From a virus (lineage: Duplodnaviria; Heunggongvirae; Uroviricota; Caudoviricetes), in the IMG/VR virus record IMGVR_UViG_3300035696_001272: a stretch of 64,000 nucleotides of DNA; one strand, 5' to 3'. A program made the translations under genes and the position numbers. Shown piece by piece: positions 10,869-21,221 of this stretch; within the stretch, counting starts at the first letter, position 1; every line of letters starts with the position of its first letter. The notes beneath the pieces are model-generated. The model was given only the letters and a program-made list of their open reading frames with translations. It did no database searches and had not been told where the DNA came from.

Positions 10869-11804
10869 ATGGCTACCTTTTCATTAGACTCATCAATAAG
10901 CGGTGTAAATAATTTAGCCGCTACCATAAATGGTCTGAACCCAGTTACACAACAGCAATTGGGCTTGGCTCAGCAAAGTGGATTCCTGGTTGGAGCTACT
11001 CCAGCAGATGATGGCAACGGATTACCATTTACCCAAATTAGCCCAAATGTTAATGCTTCAATTAACAGAAATATTATTACTTGGTTCGTTCCACAGTATG
11101 GAACAGTGCGTATGTTTATCAACCCGCAGAATATTTCCTATGTTCACAAAAAACTAATTAATAAGGACAGAACTAAGGGTGGATTTACTTTGCAATACTG
11201 GGGAGAAGAATTAAGCCAACTCAATATTGGTGGTACGACTGGTAGTTCTGGTATCGAAGGCATTAATATGTTGTACGAGATTTATCGTGCTGAGCAATAT
11301 GCTTTTGACGCTATTGGCCTCACCTTAGCTGCAAATAATGCTTCAGCTGACGTGGCTAACAACTTAAATCAGGGTATTGGTGGCGCTATAGGGCAGACAA
11401 TTGGTACCAACAATTTCGTACAAGCTTCCAACGGAGCTGGTCTTCTAGGTGGTATATTAGGATTAGATTCCCCTAGCAATCTCTTATCGGCTAGAAATAT
11501 TCCATCTTTGGCATCTTTGGCCTTCGCAGTGGAAATGTATTATGATGGCTGGGTTTATAGAGGATACTTTGAGAATATGACTATTAATGAGCGAGCTGAC
11601 AATTTTCTATTGGAATACAGCATGCTATTTACTGTTACTCAGAGAAGAGGTTACAGAACCAATTACTTCCCATGGAGTAACAGCCCAATTAATGGTCCAA
11701 GCAGTTACAACACTCCACCGTCTTTCAGTGGTTTTACTCAAGTAAATGCAACTGCAGCTTCTCAAGGAGCAACTATTAATGCTAATACTTTGGTGAACCT
11801 GTAA
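10869..11804 (+). CDS. Baseplate tube-initiator-like protein
   Basis: MFINPQNIS...RTKGG..LQYWGEEL..L.I.GTTG and YRGYFENM.I.E motifs; located after the tape measure gene. Confidence 0.65.
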   Translation: MATFSLDSSISGVNNLAATINGLNPVTQQQLGLAQQSGFLVGATPADDGNGLPFTQISPNVNASINRNIITWFVPQYGTVRMFINPQNISYVHKKLINKDRTKGGFTLQYWGEELSQLNIGGTTGSSGIEGINMLYEIYRAEQYAFDAIGLTLAANNASADVANNLNQGIGGAIGQTIGTNNFVQASNGAGLLGGILGLDSPSNLLSARNIPSLASLAFAVEMYYDGWVYRGYFENMTINERADNFLLEYSMLFTVTQRRGYRTNYFPWSNSPINGPSSYNTPPSFSGFTQVNATAASQGATINANTLVNL

Positions 11805-11811
11805 GGATTTT

Positions 11812-14800
11812 ATGAGTTTTTTGGGTGATTTATCAGATCAGATCAGTAGTCAGTATAGTCTGGGTGAAAACACTACTACTTCATTAAATTCTATTGTAGA
11901 TGGTCAACAAACACAATATGGAAATTTGGGATCTTTTCCCTTCGATCATTCTGCTGAAAGAAGATATGTGGAAGAGGGATATTTAAGAAGAGATCCTTAC
12001 AGTACACTTCCAAAATCGAATGATATTCTATGGCAAGAGCCTAATGCTACAGTTTTAATTAAGAAGAGAATGTATTCTTCTGTAGCTGAGAATTATCGTC
12101 CTGATTTTATGGATGCTGATGATAAGCTGTATTACAAGGCCATGAGCATATTGTTTCAGAACAAATGCAATCAAATATCAGCCCTTGAAAAATTAAGTAA
12201 AATAGCACACGTTACCGCTGCTGTTGGAAATGTTAATGAGCAGCTTCTTCCAGTAATCGTTACCCTAGCAGACATTGCTAACAACGCATACGCCACTGGT
12301 GGAGCCATTAATAACACTGGTAACGTTTTCGGATCATATCCTGGTGGCACTAATCCATTTACAACTCAGGATGGAACTAGCTTTATTAAAACGGTAGATA
12401 GATTAAGAGTCCTATTAGCTTTTAATCATACTAATCCGTACACTACTTGGATTACGGACGCCACTAATTTGTATCAGTCCACTTTAGGAGCCGGCACCGG
12501 TGTAATTGAAATAACTAACTTCACCACTATCAATACGACTACTACTACAACTTTAGATGGTGGACGTTTCAGTCTCAGTATCGTTGATCCATATGAATCA
12601 ATGTTAATTTCTGACTATGATATTGAAGTGGCCCTTAGCGATGCAACTAATCTATTCTACAATAACAAAGCATTTCAATTTGGCGTTCAAAGCTCTAACC
12701 AAGTAATTGCTGATCAACAGAATCAACTAAGCTCTCTTCGCAGCAGTAGAAATGCTAGCCCTCTCGATTTTCAAATTGACACGAATACATTAGCAGGCCC
12801 AAGAGTAACTGTTATTATCGAACGTTCTGGTATAGAGATTCCGTTCACCTATAATGCTTTAGGCATCATTCCTGGATTGGGGGGATCTGGCGGTAGCGTA
12901 ACTGTTCCAGATGATTACCTCGAAGGTGGAGCTGTTGCTGGTTATGATGGTTTGAGCACTGCACCGAGTCCATTAGGTATTGGTCAGAATGTCGCAAGAC
13001 TCTTCAATCAGAATGAATTGAGTCTATTTCAAAGCATCATCACGGCCATCTTTCAACAACTAGATTTGTTAGCCAGTACAGCCGGAACTTTTTCCAACAA
13101 TAACCAACTAACCAACTATGCTCGTCGTAAACTTCGTTTTAACTTTTCAGGAAAACTGATCATTCAACCGATGGATGTTGCCCACATCTATATGAGTTCC
13201 AAAACTCAGATGGACAACAAAATAATGACAGGTCTTACGCAAATGTTTAGCGGATTGGGTATTTTGCAAAACATTGCCAACATGCAAAATTCGATAACCA
13301 ACGCCACTGATATTTTGTTCAACCCATCAGCTAACATATCGCTTCAAGCTGAAAAATCCATGTATGTGGGTCCAGATTTTCCTAATTACCTTTGGGCTTT
13401 GGTCAGAACACAGTTCGTAACGGAAAAAGAAGGCACGCACGTTTTTGGTGGAGTTGTTGAAAGCGCCATAGATACATGGCAAAGTGGAAAGTTCACCATT
13501 GATGTAAGTGGTATGGACAATAGCTACTATTTTAAGCAGGGAAAAATCAATTTTAAGCCAGGAGCTGATGCATTCAATGGATTAATTTTTGATCCTCTTA
13601 CTCCGTTTAAATCCAATTTTGACAGCATTATTGTTAACAATGTTCCTGGTACACTGGAACTGTTAGACGAGAACAAAGCTATCCTTTCCGAAACTGGTGC
13701 TGGCTCCATGGTTAAGTTCAAGCAGGGGGCTTTAGCTGGAGAAAAGGCTACTCAAGGAAACTACATTCAAGATCAAAGCATCGATCAAACAACTGGTAGA
13801 CTCACACGAGTTCTTTATGCTCCAGATGGTTTGGTTTACAAATGGAAACAAGGAATTGGCGTCTTCACGCAGGCAGGCTCTTCCAGCACTATCAACGATC
13901 CAAGTTTGGTAGGAACTCCAAACATCTATAAAGAACCATTTGCTGGTTTGGATGTTATGAACGTAATTTCTCTGTTAATCACTGGAACACCGTATAACTT
14001 CGCTACTTACTACAAAGCTACGCAGGATTTATTTGGTTTCAGTGGAGATCCACAGAGCAAGCAATCTTCTTCATACTCATTTATCAATTCTCTAAGAACC
14101 AGTTTGACCAAGAGCAATACACTATGGGGAAATTTCATTCCATATAAGAATCTGGTCATGAATGAACAGGCTATTGCCCAGGCCATGCAGGCTCAATTGA
14201 CAGTGACCAATGCCAATGCAGATCTTGACAGCAAGCTCAAGAAGTTTAACGATTTGCAAAAAGCTTTGACTGGATTAGGTGCCATCAACGCTTTATCTAC
14301 AAACCTACCAGCAAACATTAGTCAGAGTGTCGCGTCCCAGATCAAAGACCTCCAAGGTCAAGTATCTAACTTAACCAATAACATCAATAATTCAATCTTA
14401 GCTGTTCAATCTGCTACTAAGACTTTCTTTAATCAAGTAAACAATAGTCCAACCTATGATAGTAATTATCTCATTGATGGTCAAAACAATCCATCGGATA
14501 GCGTAGCAAGGAAACAATTACGCAGACAGACTAACTATTTGACTAGACGTATGTCATACGATGTTCGCGCCAATCAGGATAAGAATCTATTCATTGTGGA
14601 TGATTACTATGATGTCGATTACGATATTGCCGCTTTCAATAAAGCTCTGGCTAATGGTATCGATTTGTATAGCACAGAGTATAGCAACGTAGTAGATAAA
14701 ATTAGACAGGCAGCGGATTTGCTTAACTTGGAAGTCTTTTGCGATTCCCAAGGACACATAAGAGCAAGATCTCCTCAGTACAATAGAATGCCAAGCTCTG

Positions 14801-16920
14801 TATTTTACAGAATGCTTTACTTGAAACAAGCGCTGAATATACAAATTTTCCCACAATTCCTCAATAGTTTGTTTACAGATCAGTTACAAACTTTGAGACA
14901 AAATATAGAAATTCTAGAAGACCAAATCAGGTTGGATTGTGCTATCTTGGGACAATATCCTAGCATCGATGCTACCGGAGACGCTACTGCATCAAGCTTT
15001 CTCACTAGCCAACAGGTAACACAGGGCATGGGCGGAACTTTCAATTTCATCTCGGATTCTACGGATACTATTACGGATATCCAAAATCTAGTGGCTCAGG
15101 CCAATCCAGAAGTTACAGATGGTGCTATACCCCAAAGCAACTCGGACTACAGCAAATTGGTTGCCTCCGGAACATCCACCAAACAACTGTTCGGTAATGC
15201 TGAGCAGTATGTTATTTTATTTCAGGCGTTGCAAGCACAAAATCAAGTACAACAGGGACAGAACACAGGTAGCGGAACCAGTACTTCTATTTTCCAGAAC
15301 ACCGTGGTACAACAACTTATCACACGCATCCAAACCAAATCTGGACAAACTATTAACAGCAAAGACTATTTAACTTCTGCTGGACCAAACCAAGCAATCG
15401 AAGTAGATACTGGTCAAGTCGTTGATTTGTTCAAAGTAACCAATGAACTCACTCAATACATGCAGCAATGGCAAAATGCTGTAAAATTATTCTACCACAC
15501 TGTTAAGAATGCGGCTGAATACAAATCTCTTGATGATAACAGCACGATAGCTAGCAGTCTAACTAACCCAGGACTTTTCGGTAATCAAAACATTCCCGAA
15601 GTGTATGAACATATGATTGAGGACGAATCGTATGATGATTACGGCCCAGGCTCAGGTTCTAGATATGTTATCAAACAAGTGCAAATAAGAAGTATTAGAA
15701 TTGGCGAAAATGCACCACCTTATACAGCCGTTGAAGTTCATGGAACCTTTCCATTCTTCTCAGAAACACAAGGCGGTGGTGGTCCAAATGGATTGCAATC
15801 ATTCCCAGGTGGTGGTAACGCTCTAGTAACTGCCTACGCCATAGATTATGATATGTGGCGTAATTATGGTTTCAAAGAACCATACATCGTCAACGTACCA
15901 TTTTTGCAAGATCCGGTCTCCCAACTGGGACCATATGCAAGTATGATATTGAGCCGTAACCGCTATAATATTTTAAGAGGAACACTGACTATATCTGGCA
16001 ACGAGTATATGCAACCTGGAGAGGTAATATACTTAGAAAATCGTAATCTACTATTTTACGTTACTTCAGTTAGCCACTCTCTAACACAAGGTGCTGGCTT
16101 TACTACCACCCTAGAGCTATCATATGGACATAGTATTGGAGAATATATTCCAACTGTTTTGGATACTATTGGTAAATTAATTTATAAGAACCAAGAAGTA
16201 ACCAACACAATTATTCACAGACAAGATTCTTCAGCCACAGAAGAAAACTTGGGCGTTCTTCAGATAGACGGTAATAATCCTACCGTTCCAGTCACTGGAA
16301 ACTCAAGTGATAACGCAAGCAACGTTAGCCCATATGCTGCTACCAATCAGACAGTTATTAACAACATATTGTATACTGCGGCTTACGTAATTAACGCTAA
16401 CAATACTGTTGGTAATAACGTAAAGGCCGCTGTTGAATTAAGAATTTTTTACGACAAAAACAATCCAGTAAATTCACAACTTATGACTCAAGCCACTGCG
16501 GCTATGCAAAGTTTGACTGGCGGATCGCAGAGTATCAATAATGCAGCCGTTCAAAATCAACCAGTACAAAATATTACATTACCAGCTGATGCAGTAACTA
16601 TAGCAACAATAAGTATGGATGATGAAACAGATAGAAGGTCACCTTCTCAAAAAGCTCTTGATGCTGCTAGAAATCAAATGAATAATGTAAGTACTAATAC
16701 TGGTACACCAAATCCTTCAAATCCAAGTCCTAATCCAGGAACCAATTCAAGTGGCAGCAATACTGGAACAAATGCATCAGCAATTACAGCAAACAACAAT
16801 CAACTAAGAATTTCACTGTTTAGTTATATTATTGACTGTTGGGTAACCTTCACTCAGGTTTCAGACTCAATGGCTAACCCAACCAGCACTACAACAGGTA
16901 ATTTTGGGCCTGGGTTTTAA
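11812..16920 (+). CDS. Baseplate hub protein (gp27/gpD-like), large
   Basis: EVFCDSQGHIRAR.PQYN and RGTLTISGNEYMQPGE...YVTSVSHS....FTTTLELSYG hub motifs. Confidence 0.7.
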   Translation: MSFLGDLSDQISSQYSLGENTTTSLNSIVDGQQTQYGNLGSFPFDHSAERRYVEEGYLRRDPYSTLPKSNDILWQEPNATVLIKKRMYSSVAENYRPDFMDADDKLYYKAMSILFQNKCNQISALEKLSKIAHVTAAVGNVNEQLLPVIVTLADIANNAYATGGAINNTGNVFGSYPGGTNPFTTQDGTSFIKTVDRLRVLLAFNHTNPYTTWITDATNLYQSTLGAGTGVIEITNFTTINTTTTTTLDGGRFSLSIVDPYESMLISDYDIEVALSDATNLFYNNKAFQFGVQSSNQVIADQQNQLSSLRSSRNASPLDFQIDTNTLAGPRVTVIIERSGIEIPFTYNALGIIPGLGGSGGSVTVPDDYLEGGAVAGYDGLSTAPSPLGIGQNVARLFNQNELSLFQSIITAIFQQLDLLASTAGTFSNNNQLTNYARRKLRFNFSGKLIIQPMDVAHIYMSSKTQMDNKIMTGLTQMFSGLGILQNIANMQNSITNATDILFNPSANISLQAEKSMYVGPDFPNYLWALVRTQFVTEKEGTHVFGGVVESAIDTWQSGKFTIDVSGMDNSYYFKQGKINFKPGADAFNGLIFDPLTPFKSNFDSIIVNNVPGTLELLDENKAILSETGAGSMVKFKQGALAGEKATQGNYIQDQSIDQTTGRLTRVLYAPDGLVYKWKQGIGVFTQAGSSSTINDPSLVGTPNIYKEPFAGLDVMNVISLLITGTPYNFATYYKATQDLFGFSGDPQSKQSSSYSFINSLRTSLTKSNTLWGNFIPYKNLVMNEQAIAQAMQAQLTVTNANADLDSKLKKFNDLQKALTGLGAINALSTNLPANISQSVASQIKDLQGQVSNLTNNINNSILAVQSATKTFFNQVNNSPTYDSNYLIDGQNNPSDSVARKQLRRQTNYLTRRMSYDVRANQDKNLFIVDDYYDVDYDIAAFNKALANGIDLYSTEYSNVVDKIRQAADLLNLEVFCDSQGHIRARSPQYNRMPSSVFYRMLYLKQALNIQIFPQFLNSLFTDQLQTLRQNIEILEDQIRLDCAILGQYPSIDATGDATASSFLTSQQVTQGMGGTFNFISDSTDTITDIQNLVAQANPEVTDGAIPQSNSDYSKLVASGTSTKQLFGNAEQYVILFQALQAQNQVQQGQNTGSGTSTSIFQNTVVQQLITRIQTKSGQTINSKDYLTSAGPNQAIEVDTGQVVDLFKVTNELTQYMQQWQNAVKLFYHTVKNAAEYKSLDDNSTIASSLTNPGLFGNQNIPEVYEHMIEDESYDDYGPGSGSRYVIKQVQIRSIRIGENAPPYTAVEVHGTFPFFSETQGGGGPNGLQSFPGGGNALVTAYAIDYDMWRNYGFKEPYIVNVPFLQDPVSQLGPYASMILSRNRYNILRGTLTISGNEYMQPGEVIYLENRNLLFYVTSVSHSLTQGAGFTTTLELSYGHSIGEYIPTVLDTIGKLIYKNQEVTNTIIHRQDSSATEENLGVLQIDGNNPTVPVTGNSSDNASNVSPYAATNQTVINNILYTAAYVINANNTVGNNVKAAVELRIFYDKNNPVNSQLMTQATAAMQSLTGGSQSINNAAVQNQPVQNITLPADAVTIATISMDDETDRRSPSQKALDAARNQMNNVSTNTGTPNPSNPSPNPGTNSSGSNTGTNASAITANNNQLRISLFSYIIDCWVTFTQVSDSMANPTSTTTGNFGPGF

Positions 16921-16928
16921 GGGGTCTA

Positions 16929-19034
16929 ATGGCTACTGATAGACGCGGGGTAAATATATTCGATCCACCACCAGGTATGTTAAGATCTGGTTCAATAGTG
17001 GACTCTTCTGGCTCGAACTTTCGAGTCCAGTTAACGGAGGTATCTGCCTCTAGAGGAAAGCCCCTTGCTGTATCGGTACCACAAGCATTCCCACTAATAG
17101 ATAGTACAGGCATGTTTATTGGTGCCTTACCAGCCAAGAATACGCCAGTTACTGTGGCTCAGAGTTTAGGAGGCCAATATCATTTGGTCAATTATGAGCC
17201 AGAAAATGATCAAATCATTCCGAATCTATTACCTGGACAGATGTTGATTCAATCGACAGATACATCACGTATTTTATTCGATTCAGACAGTAACATCAAT
17301 ATAGGTTCTGACGCCAATTATATTCATGTCTTTGCCGGTAGTCAAAGATATCCTAAGATGAATTTGATTACTTTCAATTTCGAGAATGAGAATCATTTTA
17401 ATCAATCATTTCGTGAAATAGGTGGATTAGTTAAAAGAGATTTGCGCCCCAATCCACAAGCGGCTTCCTATAGTGGAAGTACTAAGTTAGAAGATGACAG
17501 TTATGACCCTATCTTTTCAATTATAGGATTGGATCCCTCCGCTACAGCTAACGATTTAGTAACGGGTTCTACAAAGAATCCTCCGTTCACAGAGCATCGT
17601 GAAATGCTATATGAATTTCAGTATCAGTCCAATGTAGATGATGATAAAACTGAATCTAATAAGTATACAACCACCGCTCAAAATCTGACTATCTACACTA
17701 CACCAAATCGTCGCAGCAGTCGTGCCGATACAATGAGTCTAAGCTTGGTCGCTCCTAACTTCTTGATTGAAGAGGTTAAGGGTACATCTGTTGATATTTT
17801 CGGCAACATTCTAGATATTAACAGATTACCAATACCTGTTGGTCTGAGCCCTACTACAACTTTACGTACCAACGGTACTGTTGCTACTACCAATGCTCAA
17901 CAATCATTTCTAAATATCAAGGCGCTAGAGCGAAAGAGTATTGCTTTCCACTGGGAGCTAAACGCTAGAAAAGATCCAAATCCAACTAATCAAGGCACTG
18001 CCCTAAGTATCAATGATGATAACTACAACGCTAAATTACAACGTAGTAGGTTCTTTATTGATGTGGATAAAGAAGGCCAATTCAAGTTAAACGTTCCAGC
18101 TTCCAGTGAAGTTGGTAACGTGCCACTACTGGTCCGCCCTGAGAACTATTCTACTTTCGCAACCACCGATAATAGCAACCCAAATCAACTTTGGTTCTTG
18201 CAGAGTGGCCAACCAACTAGCCAAGACGTTTATGTAGATTCCTTTGCTGCGGCTATGACTAGTCCAAGTGGTGCTGCCGTTGGATTCAATACAACATTCC
18301 CACACGGCTCCATTACACTAATGGATGCAAACACCAATGCAAATGCTGGACCAATTGATCGTATTAGTCAGTTCGTGAATAATAGTCCTTACAACATCAA
18401 ACATGGAACAGCTTATCACGACGTTTTACAAACAAACCAAGTACAGAGAAGCCCAGCCACTTTAGGCTATCCAACTGGCACAGTTTCCAACGTAGACCCC
18501 AGCTATATTGCCAGCGATCCAGCAACCAATGCTGCTGTAGCCGTTTCTACTATCAATGTCTCTGGACCTGGCGCCAATGCAGGCGGTCGTAGCGGCTCTA
18601 TTAACATGGATGGCTCTTTGGATTTGAACATTGGCGCAAATACTTCAGATAGACAATCCTTATGGTTAGATACTGCGGGTGGTGTGGTGGCCAATTTAGG
18701 CAGGGATCTAAATCAACGTAGTTTAATGTTGAGTATGAATGGACACGCCTTTATTCAAATAGGAGGATTTGGTGTAGCTGGAGATGCCAGATTTACATCA
18801 CTGGGCCAGGATGGAGCGCTTAATGGTATTCTTGATATTAGAATTGTAAACTCTGGATTCGTTCATTTGATAAGAGTTGACGACCAAGGTTTATTGATTA
18901 TGACGCCAGGGCGCATCGGCATTCATTCTGGACAGGGCACAACTCTTTCATCCGATGGTGATATTGTAATTGATTGTGAAACATTGACTATGCAAGAAAG
19001 AGCGCACAAGAAGATATTTGGTGGTTCTAGCTAA
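16929..19034 (+). CDS. Baseplate central spike (gp5/gpV-like)
   Basis: N-terminal OB-fold-like region followed by short beta repeats at the C-terminus; located after the hub. Confidence 0.55.
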   Translation: MATDRRGVNIFDPPPGMLRSGSIVDSSGSNFRVQLTEVSASRGKPLAVSVPQAFPLIDSTGMFIGALPAKNTPVTVAQSLGGQYHLVNYEPENDQIIPNLLPGQMLIQSTDTSRILFDSDSNINIGSDANYIHVFAGSQRYPKMNLITFNFENENHFNQSFREIGGLVKRDLRPNPQAASYSGSTKLEDDSYDPIFSIIGLDPSATANDLVTGSTKNPPFTEHREMLYEFQYQSNVDDDKTESNKYTTTAQNLTIYTTPNRRSSRADTMSLSLVAPNFLIEEVKGTSVDIFGNILDINRLPIPVGLSPTTTLRTNGTVATTNAQQSFLNIKALERKSIAFHWELNARKDPNPTNQGTALSINDDNYNAKLQRSRFFIDVDKEGQFKLNVPASSEVGNVPLLVRPENYSTFATTDNSNPNQLWFLQSGQPTSQDVYVDSFAAAMTSPSGAAVGFNTTFPHGSITLMDANTNANAGPIDRISQFVNNSPYNIKHGTAYHDVLQTNQVQRSPATLGYPTGTVSNVDPSYIASDPATNAAVAVSTINVSGPGANAGGRSGSINMDGSLDLNIGANTSDRQSLWLDTAGGVVANLGRDLNQRSLMLSMNGHAFIQIGGFGVAGDARFTSLGQDGALNGILDIRIVNSGFVHLIRVDDQGLLIMTPGRIGIHSGQGTTLSSDGDIVIDCETLTMQERAHKKIFGGSS

Positions 19035-19091
19035 AATAAAATGAAACAATTGAATAAGGGGATCCTAATAACTTGGATATATAAATAAACA

Positions 19092-21221
19092 ATGTCACCA
19101 TGTTCAGCGAATGACGTATCATTCCCATCACCTTCAGGTCCATCAGGTCCAGCAATTCCACCATTTGGTGTGCCATTTGCTACGCCACCCATTTCTACGC
19201 TACCATTCCCAGCTGGATTCCCTGAAGACTTATTAGCTATTCTTAATGAATTACAATTAATAATTCCTCCTGGTACATTAAACCCCGCCCTTAATCCAAA
19301 TTTCGGGAAAGATATTTTCGATGGTATCATGAAATTGCTTGATCAATTCATGCCATTCTTGATGCTCTATAAATTCTTCTTGCCAGTTCTAAATCTTATC
19401 ATATGTATTATCGAAGTTTTATGCGCTTTAATGAATCCATTCGCACTCATCAGCGCTATCGATAGATTATTTACACAATGCATTCCAGAGTTCCTTAATT
19501 TGTTCCCGCAGTTTGCATTGATTGTAATGATTATCTCTATTTTAATCTTATTGTTACAACTGATTTTATACATCATTGATCAAATTGTACTATTTGTTAA
19601 CGCTCTTCTAAAGAACATCAACGCTCTTGTTTTGGCTTTCCAAACGGCTAACGCTACCAGCGTAGCTTCCACGGCTAAGAAGCTATCTTCGCTTCTATGT
19701 GTTTTCCAAAACATGTTTACTATCTTATCTTTCTTCGATGTTATCATCTCTGTCTTTAAAGATATTTTAGGCTTACTCTTCTCTATTCCGCCGTGTGAAA
19801 GCGGCAGCAATAGCAACTGTTGTTCACCTACAACTTGCCCAGCAATTGTACAGACTCAATACACGAATACAACGGGAACGTTCCAGTACCTACCGGAAGC
19901 TGGTTTCTTAACTTCATTGCCTGGCGGATTTAACATAGACATAAGAAGTGAGAGTTGGCAACTTTTCGATGCCGATCAAACTATTCCTCAACAGTTTTGG
20001 AACATTGTTGATGGATATGATGTTACAACTACACCAAAGCCTATCTTCTTCCCAACTGATGCAAGCTATTCGGCTCAAACTTCTCCAATGCAAGCCGCAT
20101 ACACGCTTGATTTAAGATTATTCTATAATCCAGTACAATGGGGTAGAACCGGGACTGCTCAATACATTAGATTCAAAGACTGTATAATGCAGAAGGTCCC
20201 AACTCAAGATCTTCAAAATTATAATAACAGTAACGTATCGGAGCCAACTGGTGTTGTTTACTTAGTTGGAGGTTTGGGTTATTTGGATGATGGTGTCACA
20301 GAACTAACTGGTTTCGCATCAGACGGTGTAACTCCAATTACAGATCAGGCAACACTGGAAAACTTCGTTCATATGCCAGGACAATTCTCATTGATTCCTA
20401 CATTGAATCCAACAGATGGTTATACTTTCCAGGATATGACTTATACATTCAAGCCAAACCTACCAGTCTTGCTTCAAAAGAACTTGGTAACTTTAGGTTG
20501 TCAGCCAGCCGTTGCACTTAGCAAGGCTTTCGTGAACAACGTTTTGTTTGCGAACGTCGCTACACAAACTGCTAATTTGCAAGCTATAACGTTCCCAGAT
20601 CCAGCAGCAGCTCAACAGTGTTTGTTAGCTGCCGTATCTGGTCTACGTGCCAATATGACAACGACTGGTGTGGCTGATTTCCAGGCATCTTCAACTGTCT
20701 GTCTGAATAAGTTACAAACTGATACTGTAAATGCTCTTGGTGCAGTTATTAGTGCAGGCTTCAATCCTTGTGAAAGCAACTTCACATTAACTCCATCAAC
20801 ACAATTCACTACCAAATCAATCCTCGTTACCGTTAACCTGAACGAAAATAATGGATTGCCAATTACGTCAAATATTCCGGCCGCTACAGGACAGATATTG
20901 GCTAATCAAATAAAGGCGTATCCAACATTTGGTAATGTAACTAACTTCTCATACGACGGCTATCAAGCATTTACGGCTCAAATTACTAGCACCGAAGCAG
21001 GCAGTGGTACCATAATGGTTTCTTTCCAGAATCAGATATTGTGCACTAATACAATACCAACAGATGGTTCTTCTCCAACTCATACACTACAAGAACTACC
21101 ATATACATTCGTCTTCGCTCCATCTATCCTACCACCAACTGGTGAGGGTGATACTCCAGGTGCACCAAGAAGAGATGCTGGTGATTTGGCTAGGGACAGC
21201 TCAAATAATGGTGGTGATTAA
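19092..21221 (+). CDS. Baseplate-region protein with long hydrophobic segment
   Basis: Pro-rich N-terminus, hydrophobic helices at about aa 85-235, Cys cluster, beta-rich C-terminus. Confidence 0.5.
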   Translation: MSPCSANDVSFPSPSGPSGPAIPPFGVPFATPPISTLPFPAGFPEDLLAILNELQLIIPPGTLNPALNPNFGKDIFDGIMKLLDQFMPFLMLYKFFLPVLNLIICIIEVLCALMNPFALISAIDRLFTQCIPEFLNLFPQFALIVMIISILILLLQLILYIIDQIVLFVNALLKNINALVLAFQTANATSVASTAKKLSSLLCVFQNMFTILSFFDVIISVFKDILGLLFSIPPCESGSNSNCCSPTTCPAIVQTQYTNTTGTFQYLPEAGFLTSLPGGFNIDIRSESWQLFDADQTIPQQFWNIVDGYDVTTTPKPIFFPTDASYSAQTSPMQAAYTLDLRLFYNPVQWGRTGTAQYIRFKDCIMQKVPTQDLQNYNNSNVSEPTGVVYLVGGLGYLDDGVTELTGFASDGVTPITDQATLENFVHMPGQFSLIPTLNPTDGYTFQDMTYTFKPNLPVLLQKNLVTLGCQPAVALSKAFVNNVLFANVATQTANLQAITFPDPAAAQQCLLAAVSGLRANMTTTGVADFQASSTVCLNKLQTDTVNALGAVISAGFNPCESNFTLTPSTQFTTKSILVTVNLNENNGLPITSNIPAATGQILANQIKAYPTFGNVTNFSYDGYQAFTAQITSTEAGSGTIMVSFQNQILCTNTIPTDGSSPTHTLQELPYTFVFAPSILPPTGEGDTPGAPRRDAGDLARDSSNNGGD

